Of a stretch of 64,000 nucleotides of DNA, positions 24,449 to 32,905 are shown one piece after another. This DNA comes from a virus, in IMG/VR virus record IMGVR_UViG_3300037297_000178, positions 1-64,000 of that record, one strand, 5' to 3'. Numbering within the stretch: position 1 is the first letter of the stretch; each line of letters opens with the position of its first letter. A model generated the notes under the pieces. The model saw only the letters and a program-made list of their open reading frames with translations, had not been told where the DNA came from and searched no databases. The translations under genes and the position numbers were made by a program.

Positions 24449-24675
24449 ACTTCCGAATCACGAGGGATGGAATGAAAGTTGACCCGGTCGATGGTGAACG
24501 CGAACCGAACGCCGAAGAAGAGGCGGCCCGCGCGTCTGCAACCCCGTCGACTCCATACGAGGTCAAGCCGGGCCTGCTCTACGTAGGCCCGGCTAACGAG
24601 GCGAGGCGCGTCTGCTGGCCTGACGGGTCGGAGGACATCACCGACGCGCATATGGTAAGGCGATGGAGTGGCTAA
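24445..24675 (+). CDS. hypothetical protein
   Basis: 76 aa; ATGA overlap. Confidence 0.45.
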   Translation: MNFRITRDGMKVDPVDGEREPNAEEEAARASATPSTPYEVKPGLLYVGPANEARRVCWPDGSEDITDAHMVRRWSG

Positions 24676-25001
24676 AAGGGGAAGGCGATGAATGGTGGCT
24701 CGAGGAGGCCGTCGTACTGAGTGACGGCCTCCCTTCGATTCACTTTTTTGTCAGAGCGGACGAATCAGACAGTGGGGGGTTCTGGCTCGTCGAGGGGGCG
24801 CTTCTCGACGAGCATACCTGCGACGACGTATTCCTTAATGGGGTACTTGTACGAAACTACGCCGTCGCGTGTGACGAGAGCGCAGACGCGCTCCTCACAA
24901 CGGCTCGCTCTTGCGCCGAAGACCTGTTCTCAGACCGCCCCGACTGGCTTGAGCCTCTTTTTCTCGCTGAATTAGACGAGATACGTTGTGATAAGCTGTG
25001 A
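24663..25001 (+). CDS. hypothetical acidic protein
   Basis: 112 aa; last gene of the + strand early block; its 3' end overlaps the convergent radical SAM gene by 107 nt. Confidence 0.45.
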   Translation: MEWLKGEGDEWWLEEAVVLSDGLPSIHFFVRADESDSGGFWLVEGALLDEHTCDDVFLNGVLVRNYAVACDESADALLTTARSCAEDLFSDRPDWLEPLFLAELDEIRCDKL

Positions 25002-26502
25002 GACGACGGTGCTCGCCTTTTTCGCTAATGGCCGGGAACATCGACCAGGGAAGGCGCGAGTCGACCGGCCATTCGGCTAACAACAAGTCAGGCTCGAGGC
25101 CGACCTTCTTTAAGACCCCCTTGACACGCCTGACCCCCCTTCCGACGTTCCTGTCGGCCTGCAAATTACCGAAGGCCCCCTTCGACATGGCCCAAACGAA
25201 CTGCGCCGTGTTCCTGTTCCCGCACTGGAGCGCTATGTCAATAAGCCATGACGCGTAGCGCCTCGACGGCGTGACATAAAGTAAGGATTCTTCAGAGGCC
25301 CGCTTACGACGGCGGGCCTCTTCTCGTAGAGACTTGACTATCATTTCCGACGCGCTGTTGTACTCGTGCGCTGCCCACTGAAGGGGGGTGTGAGGTTGAC
25401 GCGTCAACGGGGTGAATTGAGCCTCGACCGCCGCCCCGGCCTCCTCGAGCTTCTTGTATGTCGGCCAGAACCACTTGAAAAACTCGTTCCAGTCGTTGTC
25501 GTTCTCAGTCGGGACGCCTCGAATGAACATCAGCTTCAGGCGTCTACAACCGCCTGCGAGTGCCTTTTCGATTGCCTCGTCTACGAGTGCCGTCTTTATC
25601 GGCTTCCCGAGTATTTTCCGAAGGCGCTCCGAAATCCCCTCAATACCAAACTCGAGAGTTCGACCCTCGAACTCTGTACCCGTCTCAATCGGCGGGACCT
25701 TCCGCACGAAGTCGTCGACGCGCATGTCCCCGACCCCCCAAAACGAACCGCCGATAAGCTCGCTCACATAACTGATACCCCCGAAATTTGTCGAGGTGAG
25801 CATCACCTCAGGATACATTTGTATTGTTTCAAACACCTCTTCTTTCGGACGCTCCCTGTAAGGGACCTGCCACGCTATCGAGCAGAAGTGACACGTCCCC
25901 CGACAGCCGTGTGTCAGTATCAGTTCGTCGGACGACTCAGCCTTGTGAAGGATGGGCGGGAACGTGTCACATACGGCAGGAACAATGGGCCGGTCTTCGC
26001 CCAAAATGTCTTTAATGAAAAAGCCCGTGTCGTCATACACCACCTTCCGACGATGAGGCACGTAAGCCCCAGGCAGTTCGGAGAGGGCGTCAATGCGAGC
26101 CTGACGCCCCTTAGCGCTAAGGGCCTCGAGCATACTGCGAGCGAAATCGTCCCCGTCCCCGACACATATAACGTCAACGAACGGAGCGACGGGTTCGGGG
26201 TTGAAGCACGCCCCGCCCCCTACAATAACAATCGGGTGTGCGTCGGTCCGGTCAGAGGCGAGGTATGGTATTCGCGCCTTCTTTAGCGAGTCGAATATGG
26301 CCTGAAAGTGGCGAGCTGCAAGGAACGACATCATAAAGACCTCGTCCCCCAGGGCAGAAACAATTTCGCTCCGATGCGTCAGGACGGCTGCCCCCTCGAG
26401 GAGTTCGTGTATAATCAATGCCCCCGGGTTTATCCGCCGCGAGTTTGGTATTCGCGTGTTGTAGTAGCAAAGCTGGCCTATTTTTTCCCGAGACGTGTCC
26501 AT
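24895..26502 (-). CDS. B12-binding-domain radical SAM protein
   Basis: CRGTCHFC (CxxxCxxC); upstream IVIVGGGACFNPEPVAPFVDVICVGDGDD B12-like domain; GGGAG RBS. Confidence 0.75.
   Translation of the reverse strand: MDTSREKIGQLCYYNTRIPNSRRINPGALIIHELLEGAAVLTHRSEIVSALGDEVFMMSFLAARHFQAIFDSLKKARIPYLASDRTDAHPIVIVGGGACFNPEPVAPFVDVICVGDGDDFARSMLEALSAKGRQARIDALSELPGAYVPHRRKVVYDDTGFFIKDILGEDRPIVPAVCDTFPPILHKAESSDELILTHGCRGTCHFCSIAWQVPYRERPKEEVFETIQMYPEVMLTSTNFGGISYVSELIGGSFWGVGDMRVDDFVRKVPPIETGTEFEGRTLEFGIEGISERLRKILGKPIKTALVDEAIEKALAGGCRRLKLMFIRGVPTENDNDWNEFFKWFWPTYKKLEEAGAAVEAQFTPLTRQPHTPLQWAAHEYNSASEMIVKSLREEARRRKRASEESLLYVTPSRRYASWLIDIALQCGNRNTAQFVWAMSKGAFGNLQADRNVGRGVRRVKGVLKKVGLEPDLLLAEWPVDSRLPWSMFPAISEKGEHRRLTAYHNVSRLIQREKEAQASRGGLRTGLRRKSEPL
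26111..26120. repeat. TTAGCGCTAA palindrome, copy 5 of 10
   Basis: Inside the radical SAM CDS (-), read CTT AGC GCT AAG (LSAK). Confidence 0.95.
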
Positions 26503-27068
26503 TTCACTCCCTTCTTACCGAGGTTGTTGAGGTGGTTCATAAGCACCGTCGCTGTTCTGTCGTTTGGCGCAACGACACGGAGGGTAATTACATCGTCGTC
26601 AACGAACTCGAGTTCGGGAATGTCGAACTCGTCCCCCAGGAACATATTCTCGACCGCCTCGTGAAACTCCCTCATGTCAGGAGCCTCGAACTCGAACGAC
26701 TCGATTAACGCCTGAAACTTGTCAACGTCTGTCTCTGCAAAGTAGGTTGAGGCGTCAAGTAGCGTGAGCACCTTCACCTCCTCCTCAGGCGTCCATTCCC
26801 CGATAAGAACCGGGACTTGTGTGTCGGGCTGCGCGAGCGCTATCTTCTGCCGGAGGTGTCCGTTGAGGCACACAAACCCTTCGGTTGCCCAACCGTTAGC
26901 CTGAAGTCGGCGATTGACGGTCAGTGTTTCCGCCCAGCCGACCCCCTCTTCCCCATAAATAAAACCCTCAACCGCCGTCGCTTGTTCGTCGGGGTGTATG
27001 CGCCAGTTGTCGACGTGGGCGTCGAAGTCACCAGCGCTCATAAATGTCAGTTCGGGCTTTTTCTTCAT
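26478..27068 (-). CDS. hypothetical acidic protein, co-transcribed with the radical SAM gene
   Basis: ATG at 27068 (MKKKPELTF) lies 6 nt after a TATAAT; overlaps the radical SAM start by 25 nt. Confidence 0.5.
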   Translation of the reverse strand: MKKKPELTFMSAGDFDAHVDNWRIHPDEQATAVEGFIYGEEGVGWAETLTVNRRLQANGWATEGFVCLNGHLRQKIALAQPDTQVPVLIGEWTPEEEVKVLTLLDASTYFAETDVDKFQALIESFEFEAPDMREFHEAVENMFLGDEFDIPELEFVDDDVITLRVVAPNDRTATVLMNHLNNLGKKGVKWTRLGKK

Positions 27069-27074
27069 ATGCAC

Positions 27075-27103
27075 ATTATACCACAGGTTTCCCGGATGTG
27101 CAA
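27075..27103 (-). promoter_or_regulatory. promoter TTGCAC-17-TGgTATAAT, -10 box 6 nt from the ATG (leaderless layout)
   Basis: Reverse complement of 27075..27103 reads TTGCAC atccgggaaacctgtgg TATAAT, then GTGCAT ATG. Confidence 0.55.
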
Positions 27104-27127
27104 AACCTGTTATGTGGAGTACAAATA

Positions 27128-27136
27128 TGTTAAAAT
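27128..27136 (+). promoter_or_regulatory. extended -10 promoter TGtTAAAAT, 6 nt from the terS ATG
   Basis: TGTTAAAAT then AGAGGC then ATG at 27143; weak -35; divergent from the - strand promoter. Confidence 0.4.
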
Positions 27137-27142
27137 AGAGGC

Positions 27143-27601
27143 ATGGGGAAAATCGGAAGGCCGACAAAGCTCACGCCTGAGCTAATCGAGAAGCTCTGCG
27201 CTGATATACGAAATGGTGAACGATACGAGGCGGTCTGCGCTCGAAACATGATTGCATACACCACGTATCGCTCGTGGATGCGTAAAGGCGAGAAACTCCT
27301 TCTGTTTCTCGAACTCGACCCGGGCTACGAAGTGCCCGAAAACGAGCAGATTTTCATTGACCTTGTGCTCGAGGTTGAGGCTGCGAACGCAGGCATTGAA
27401 GGGAAGATGGTCAAAACGTGGATTTACCACAGTAAGCACGACTGGAGGGCCGCGCTCGAGTGGCTATCTCGTCGGCTCCCTGACGTTTACGGTGCTAACA
27501 GTAAGGTCAGGCTCGAGGTCGAGCAGGTTGACGACGAGATAGAGGAATTGCTCGACAAGCTGAGGGAAGCGGGCCTCGACATGTCGGGCCTGTTTCAATG
27601 A
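27143..27601 (+). CDS. terS: terminase small subunit
   Basis: MGKIGRPTKLTPELIEKLCADIRNG...YTTYRSWMRKGE is a typical TerS HTH N-terminus; sits directly upstream of TerL. Confidence 0.7.
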   Translation: MGKIGRPTKLTPELIEKLCADIRNGERYEAVCARNMIAYTTYRSWMRKGEKLLLFLELDPGYEVPENEQIFIDLVLEVEAANAGIEGKMVKTWIYHSKHDWRAALEWLSRRLPDVYGANSKVRLEVEQVDDEIEELLDKLREAGLDMSGLFQ

Positions 27602-29070
27602 GTTGGCGGAAATTCCCTCTCGAGCAGAAGAAGCGGTTTCGTGACGAGCTTCTGTTCCTGTTGGGCGGGGACGCGTACCAGCAATTTCAGCGAAAATACT
27701 TCCACGACCCGGCAGGGTTTATGCGCGACTGCGTCATATGGCCGACCGGGACAGGACCGTTCCCTTACCAGACAAACGTGCTTGACGCTATTCCCGAACA
27801 TCATCGTGTATGCGTTCGGAGCGGGCGTGGGGCCGGTAAGACCGCCACGATAGCAGTAGGTATTCTGTGGTTTTCTCTGACGCGAGACGGCCTCGACTGG
27901 AAAGTTGTAGCGACGGCGGCGGTCGGGCGTCAACTCCAGAAATATCTCTGGCCTGAGGTACACAAGTGGGCGGCCCGCCTTCGATGGGATGTTATCGGTC
28001 GACCGCCGTTCTCGAAGGACGAACTCTTAACAGAGCACATACACCTCAACACAGGGCAGGCGTTCGGCGTTGTGTCGAAAAACCACGCCCACGTCGAGGG
28101 AGCGCACGCCGAAAACCTGCTGTGGATTTTCGATGAGGCGAAAACCATCGAGGAGGCCATGTGGGATGCAGCAGAGGGGGCCATGAACGTAGGCGACTGC
28201 TACGCGCTCGCGTTTAGCACGCCCGAACTGCCGGTCGGGCGTTTCTTTGACATTCAGTCGGGGCGCGACGGTTATCGAGACTGGTGGACGCGCCGAATAA
28301 CGCTCGAGGAAATCCTCGAGACCGGAAAGATTAACGAGGCGTGGATACGTGACCGCCGCGAGCAGTGGGGTCCGAAAAGTCAGCTTTACCAGAATCAGGT
28401 ATTAGGTGAGTTCGCGTCAGGCGACGAGGACGGGGTTATCCCGCTCGCCTGGGTCGAAGAAGCTATGGGCCGATGGGAAGACGACCCGCCTGAGTGGGGG
28501 CGCTGCGACTACATCGGCGTCGACATCGCCCGCACCGGTTCGGACAAAACCGTGTTCGCGTTCTTGAGGGGGCGCGACATAGTCGAGATACGAGAGTACA
28601 CGAAGTCGGACACGATGGAAACGACGGGCCTGATAGTGAGGGCCTATGAGGAGACGGGCGGTATACCAGTCGTTGACGCAATCGGGATGGGCGGTCCGAT
28701 AGTCGACCGCCTGAGTGAACTTAGGATACCTGTCATTTCATTCGTGGCATCGGAGGGGACGAGTTACGTCGACAAAACCGGGAAGGTGAAGTTTGCAAAC
28801 CTTCGAGCCGCCGCATGGTGGTTTATGCGCGAGCTTCTAAACCCGTTCAACGAGGAGGGCGTCAGGCTTCCGCCTGACTATAAGCTAAAAGGGGACTTCA
28901 CGAAACCGCGCTATAAGACGCAGAGCGGCGGGCGCGTGCTCGTTGAGGCGAAGGCCGACATACGGAAGCGCCTCAAACGAAGCTCAGACTACGCCGACGC
29001 GGTTATTCAGGCATTTGCGGCAGAAGAGATTATCGGGGGTCTAGTGGAAATCGGAGTTGTTACGTTTTGA
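27598..29070 (+). CDS. terL: terminase large subunit
   Basis: Walker A SGRGAGKTAT, Walker B LLWIFDEA, nuclease region GVDIARTGSDKTVFAF; ATGA overlap with terS. Confidence 0.85.
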   Translation: MSWRKFPLEQKKRFRDELLFLLGGDAYQQFQRKYFHDPAGFMRDCVIWPTGTGPFPYQTNVLDAIPEHHRVCVRSGRGAGKTATIAVGILWFSLTRDGLDWKVVATAAVGRQLQKYLWPEVHKWAARLRWDVIGRPPFSKDELLTEHIHLNTGQAFGVVSKNHAHVEGAHAENLLWIFDEAKTIEEAMWDAAEGAMNVGDCYALAFSTPELPVGRFFDIQSGRDGYRDWWTRRITLEEILETGKINEAWIRDRREQWGPKSQLYQNQVLGEFASGDEDGVIPLAWVEEAMGRWEDDPPEWGRCDYIGVDIARTGSDKTVFAFLRGRDIVEIREYTKSDTMETTGLIVRAYEETGGIPVVDAIGMGGPIVDRLSELRIPVISFVASEGTSYVDKTGKVKFANLRAAAWWFMRELLNPFNEEGVRLPPDYKLKGDFTKPRYKTQSGGRVLVEAKADIRKRLKRSSDYADAVIQAFAAEEIIGGLVEIGVVTF

Positions 29071-31280
29071 GCGACAACATAAAAGACCAGGAAAAGTATA
29101 CAGTACAGGAACACGTCAAGGACGAGCCGGTCGACGAGGAGACTTCCGACATCTTCTCCGTTCTCGTGAGCGCTCGCTCCGACATACCAGCGTGGTGGTC
29201 ACAGGAGCGGGATGAGAAGCTACTCGACTTTGCTCGCGGGAACGACTATATTCAGTTAGCACTCACGGCCCTCGAGGAGTTCGCAACTACAACTGAGTGG
29301 CGCTTCGTGGCGCGAGACTCCACGATACGGTCTCACGTCGAACAGGCGGCAAGCCTGACGCGAGAGGTGAAAGCGAACGCAGACTTCGGGAAGGGGTACG
29401 CGACCTGGGTCAGCAGGTTCGTACAGTCATACACAGGACAGGACAACGGCTCGTTCACGGAGGTCATAGGACGGGGGCGGAAGAGCGGACCGTTAATCGG
29501 GACGCCGATTAACGTCGCCTCCCTCGACAGCCGCCGTTGTACAAGAACGTCAAACCCCATATACCCCGTCGTGTATATGGACGACGGGGGTTCGAGGCGC
29601 AAACTTCACTACACGCGCGTGATGTGCCCGGCACAAATGCCGTCGTCAACCCTCGAGATGAACGGCGTCGGTTACTGTGCCGTGTCTCGTTGCCTGAATA
29701 CGGCGCAGGTGCTCGGGGACATACTCACGTACAAACAGGAAAAAATGGGGTCAAGGCCGATGCGAGCTATCCTCGTTGCGGAAGGTATCGACTTGCGCGA
29801 GCTTCAGGACACGCTCGCTATGGACGACTCCATCATGGACGCAGCCGGGTTCACGCGCTATTCGCGCGTACCGGCGATAGCATCCAAACACAAGAAAATT
29901 ACCATAACACTTGTACCCCTGTCTCAACTCCCTGACGGCTTCAACGAGGAGGTGAGCACCTCGTTGGGCGTTTACCTCATTTCGGGCGTGTATGGGCTTG
30001 ATGCACGCGAGATATGGCCCGCGACGTCGTCCGGCGCGACTAAGGCCGACGCAGAGACGCAACATATGAAGGCCCGAAAAAAAGGGAAAGGCCAGCTATT
30101 GCGCGTCATCAAGGACGAGTTCGAGCGCCGTTTCCTTCCGGCTTACCTTATGATGGTGTTCGACGCACAGGACGACGAACAGGACGCAGTCAGGGCCGAA
30201 CTTCAAAAGCTGAGGGCCGAACGCCGCGAGATTGACCTTCAACCGGACGACGAGGGACAGTCTTCAATCACCATTCGCGTGTCGCGCGAACTGATGCTTG
30301 CGGATGGTGACATCACGCAGTCTCAGTTCGACGAGATGGAATTGCGAGACGGGCGACTCCCTGACGGGTCGGATGTACTACTGCTGTTCCGCTCGCCTGA
30401 GTTCGAGCCATTCCTGGACCTCGCAGTCCCGTTCCAGACCGACCCGCTTGACGTTGAGGCGAACGACCCGGTACTGATACAGGCTTTAGCGCTAAGGAAA
30501 CTCAACGAGGTCGAGCAGGTTGTTATGAATGGGAAGACGGGCGGTGTACGACAGCGGGCGCGTCAGGCTGCGGCAGCATTGAACGCGCTTCTTGACCTGT
30601 ACGAACCGCCCCCCGTAAACCCGGTAGTTGCCGAAGAAGAGGCTGAGGCCGAAGAAGGGGAGTCCGTCGAAGGACCTGAGGTGGTTGAAGAAGTAGAGGA
30701 AAAGACCCTCACCTTTTACGAGCACTCGATACGCTCGCACGCTCGACGCCTCTGGACGGGCGCGATGGACGAGTACGAGTTTGTCGACAGCCTCACGAGC
30801 ATCATAATCACGCAGTATCGGAAAGCGTGGGCTGAAGGCATGGCCCAGGCGGGAATCGGGTTTGAAGCTATAAACGCCGAAGAGCGGGCGAAGCTCGACG
30901 AGCTTACGAACGCAGCGACAGACCGGGTAATTGACCTTGCGATTTTCATACTCGAGCAGAAGGAACAGGGGCGAGTGTTCGCCGACCTGTCGTACAGGTT
31001 ACGGTTGTGGACTCGTCAGTATGACACGGTCCGGCTTCAGGCCCTTGTCATGGCCGGACAGGACATCAAGCTCGAGTGGGTGCTCGGAGCGAGCGAGAAG
31101 CATTGCCCCTCGTGTATGAAGTTGGGCGGGAAGGTGAAGCGGGCTTCGGTGTGGGCTGCGGCAGGTGTGTATCCGAAGTCCCCGCCAAACCCGAAGCTCG
31201 AGTGTGAGGGATGGGGTGATTGTACGCTCGTCCCGACCGACAAGCCGTGCTCACGAGGCCCATTACCTAATTTACCATAG
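29067..31280 (+). CDS. portal protein fused to a MuF/SPP1 gp7-like head-morphogenesis domain
   Basis: 737 aa immediately after TerL. C-terminus HCPSCMKLGGKV ... PPNPKLECEGWGDCTLVP fits the Phage_Mu_F pattern. TTGA overlap start. Confidence 0.65.
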   Translation: MSDNIKDQEKYTVQEHVKDEPVDEETSDIFSVLVSARSDIPAWWSQERDEKLLDFARGNDYIQLALTALEEFATTTEWRFVARDSTIRSHVEQAASLTREVKANADFGKGYATWVSRFVQSYTGQDNGSFTEVIGRGRKSGPLIGTPINVASLDSRRCTRTSNPIYPVVYMDDGGSRRKLHYTRVMCPAQMPSSTLEMNGVGYCAVSRCLNTAQVLGDILTYKQEKMGSRPMRAILVAEGIDLRELQDTLAMDDSIMDAAGFTRYSRVPAIASKHKKITITLVPLSQLPDGFNEEVSTSLGVYLISGVYGLDAREIWPATSSGATKADAETQHMKARKKGKGQLLRVIKDEFERRFLPAYLMMVFDAQDDEQDAVRAELQKLRAERREIDLQPDDEGQSSITIRVSRELMLADGDITQSQFDEMELRDGRLPDGSDVLLLFRSPEFEPFLDLAVPFQTDPLDVEANDPVLIQALALRKLNEVEQVVMNGKTGGVRQRARQAAAALNALLDLYEPPPVNPVVAEEEAEAEEGESVEGPEVVEEVEEKTLTFYEHSIRSHARRLWTGAMDEYEFVDSLTSIIITQYRKAWAEGMAQAGIGFEAINAEERAKLDELTNAATDRVIDLAIFILEQKEQGRVFADLSYRLRLWTRQYDTVRLQALVMAGQDIKLEWVLGASEKHCPSCMKLGGKVKRASVWAAAGVYPKSPPNPKLECEGWGDCTLVPTDKPCSRGPLPNLP
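30486..30495. repeat. TTAGCGCTAA palindrome, copy 6 of 10
   Basis: Inside the portal CDS, read TTA GCG CTA AGG (LALR). Confidence 0.95.
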
Positions 31281-31287
31281 AGGTGAA

Positions 31288-31833
31288 ATGTCGAACGCGA
31301 ATTTAGTTGCGAGATTGACCACACAACAGAAGATAATACCGGTGTTGAACGCTGTGGCGATAGCCGCCCCGCTCGACAAGGCCGGTCGGTTAGCCGTTTC
31401 GTCGGACGAATATATCGCAGCCGAAGAAGGGCGCTCAATACGCCGCTGGTTGAACGAGAAAACCGGCGTTGACGGCGTCAACGTACTGACCGATGGGCCT
31501 TCGGGTGACAGCCCAGGCATATACTTCAACCTCAGTGAGGGTCAAGAGGTATATGTCACCAGGATGTGTTTTAGTCTAAACACCGTAAGTGATAGTTGTA
31601 GGTTTGAGATAGGTTACACAGACGCAGTCAATGGGGGCGGCAACTTTACACCCGTGACCCATTACTACTACTACAACACTGCTGCTGCCCTTGACGGTTA
31701 CGAAGGGGAGGAGATAGCTTTACCTGCCTCTCGTATTCGATGGGCGGATGGTGCGAAAAGCGTCACTTTTCGCGTCAATGCAAACGACGCAAACTGTTCA
31801 ATAATAGTAGCATGGTATGGTTATGCAATATAG
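31288..31833 (+). CDS. hypothetical head-module protein
   Basis: ATG at 31288 after AGAGGTG; 181 aa. Confidence 0.5.
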   Translation: MSNANLVARLTTQQKIIPVLNAVAIAAPLDKAGRLAVSSDEYIAAEEGRSIRRWLNEKTGVDGVNVLTDGPSGDSPGIYFNLSEGQEVYVTRMCFSLNTVSDSCRFEIGYTDAVNGGGNFTPVTHYYYYNTAAALDGYEGEEIALPASRIRWADGAKSVTFRVNANDANCSIIVAWYGYAI

Positions 31834-31844
31834 GAGGAGTACAT

Positions 31845-32366
31845 ATGGGTTTACGAGTTTTACCACCTGAAGTACAACGAGACTGGAACGCGAACCTCGA
31901 GGTCGCTGAGCCGACCGACAAAGGGAAGTGGTCGCTGGTCGAGGCGCGTCCGGGGAACGGCACAGCAGAGGAGTCGCAGCGTATAGTCGTGAGGCTTATC
32001 GACGAAAACGGCTACAACTACGACGGCGTCGTTGCGTTCGCGTTCACCACAGGCGAGAAACAGATAATTGTTACGAACGACTGGTTGTGGAACCCGCCCG
32101 CACAACCGAACAAGGCGCAACTCGTCACCTCTCGGGGCGGATACGCAGAACAGGTACAGGGAGGGGCGGTCAAAAAGGGCCAGCCTGGGGGCGTGACGGT
32201 GTACGTGTACGACCCCGAACTCGCGTCCGACGTGGTGAGGGGTGCCGGTATGCTCGCAGACCATACCGGCCTCGTACTCACGTTCAAGCGCATCCCCGCC
32301 GGGAAACAGACCATCGACGAACGCCTGGCTGCGCTCGAGGCTCGGGTGGCAGCGCTCGAGGGATAA
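31845..32366 (+). CDS. hypothetical head-module protein
   Basis: ATG at 31845 after AGGAGG; C-terminal coiled-coil-like ERLAALEARVAALEG. Confidence 0.5.
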   Translation: MGLRVLPPEVQRDWNANLEVAEPTDKGKWSLVEARPGNGTAEESQRIVVRLIDENGYNYDGVVAFAFTTGEKQIIVTNDWLWNPPAQPNKAQLVTSRGGYAEQVQGGAVKKGQPGGVTVYVYDPELASDVVRGAGMLADHTGLVLTFKRIPAGKQTIDERLAALEARVAALEG

Positions 32367-32857
32367 TGGTAGTCGGCGCAAAGGCTATCGTCCCGAAGAC
32401 GCTCGATTATCGGCGCATCACGAAAGAAGTCGAGAAGGAACTCGACTCGATAGCCAGGGGGGTCGAACGGGACTGGAACGACTTTGTAGCTCCGTTCGAC
32501 CCCCCCGCCGAAATCGTGAAGAGACGCCTGCGGGCGCGTGGAACATACGGATGGGAAGTCGGCACGGACGACAAGCGCGTGATGTACCTCGACGAGGGTA
32601 CTAAACCCCACACCATACGCGCGAAGCCCGGACGAACATTGCGCTTTAAGAGGAATTACAAGCGGAAAACCCGTAAAGGGCGCATCAAGAGTTCGTCCGG
32701 CGGCTCGAGTGGCGAGACACAGTACGCGAAAGAAGTACATCACCCGGGCACTGAGCCTCTTCACATAACAGAGACTATAGCTGAAAAGACCGAAAAACCG
32801 CTCAAGAACCGGGTTGACCGCGCAATCAGGCGCGGAAGTAAGCGTCAATTCCGCTAA
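32366..32857 (+). CDS. hypothetical head-module protein
   Basis: TAATG overlap start (MVVGAKAIVPK); DEGTKPHTI ... VHHPGTEP motif. Confidence 0.5.
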   Translation: MVVGAKAIVPKTLDYRRITKEVEKELDSIARGVERDWNDFVAPFDPPAEIVKRRLRARGTYGWEVGTDDKRVMYLDEGTKPHTIRAKPGRTLRFKRNYKRKTRKGRIKSSSGGSSGETQYAKEVHHPGTEPLHITETIAEKTEKPLKNRVDRAIRRGSKRQFR

Positions 32858-32905
32858 TACCTTGTTGTTACATAATATTTGTGTTATTCTTATTGTGAGG
32901 GAAAT

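Noticed and set aside
24895-25001. The 107-nt convergent overlap between ORF 24663..25001 (+) and the radical SAM gene (-) as a possible antisense regulatory arrangement
   Set aside because: It could simply reflect an over-extended 3' end of one of the two ORFs. Nothing in the sequence, such as a terminator or structure, specifically supports regulation.
25366-26286. A 306-aa + strand ORF inside the radical SAM gene. Similar long shadow ORFs occur at 5049..5858(-), 32018..32848(-), 43923..44756(+) and 59769..60341(+)
   Set aside because: These are antisense or off-frame shadows typical of GC-rich coding DNA. They give Arg/Pro/Ser-rich low-complexity translations, have no RBS, and overlap ORFs that carry clear motifs.
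31928-32365. The long N-terminal extension of track ORF 31928..32857. The extension of 54458..55747 beyond 55567 is a similar case
   Set aside because: These extensions are Arg-rich off-frame overlaps of well-supported upstream genes. Internal starts with an RBS or stop-start coupling (32366 and 55567) fit the gene packing.
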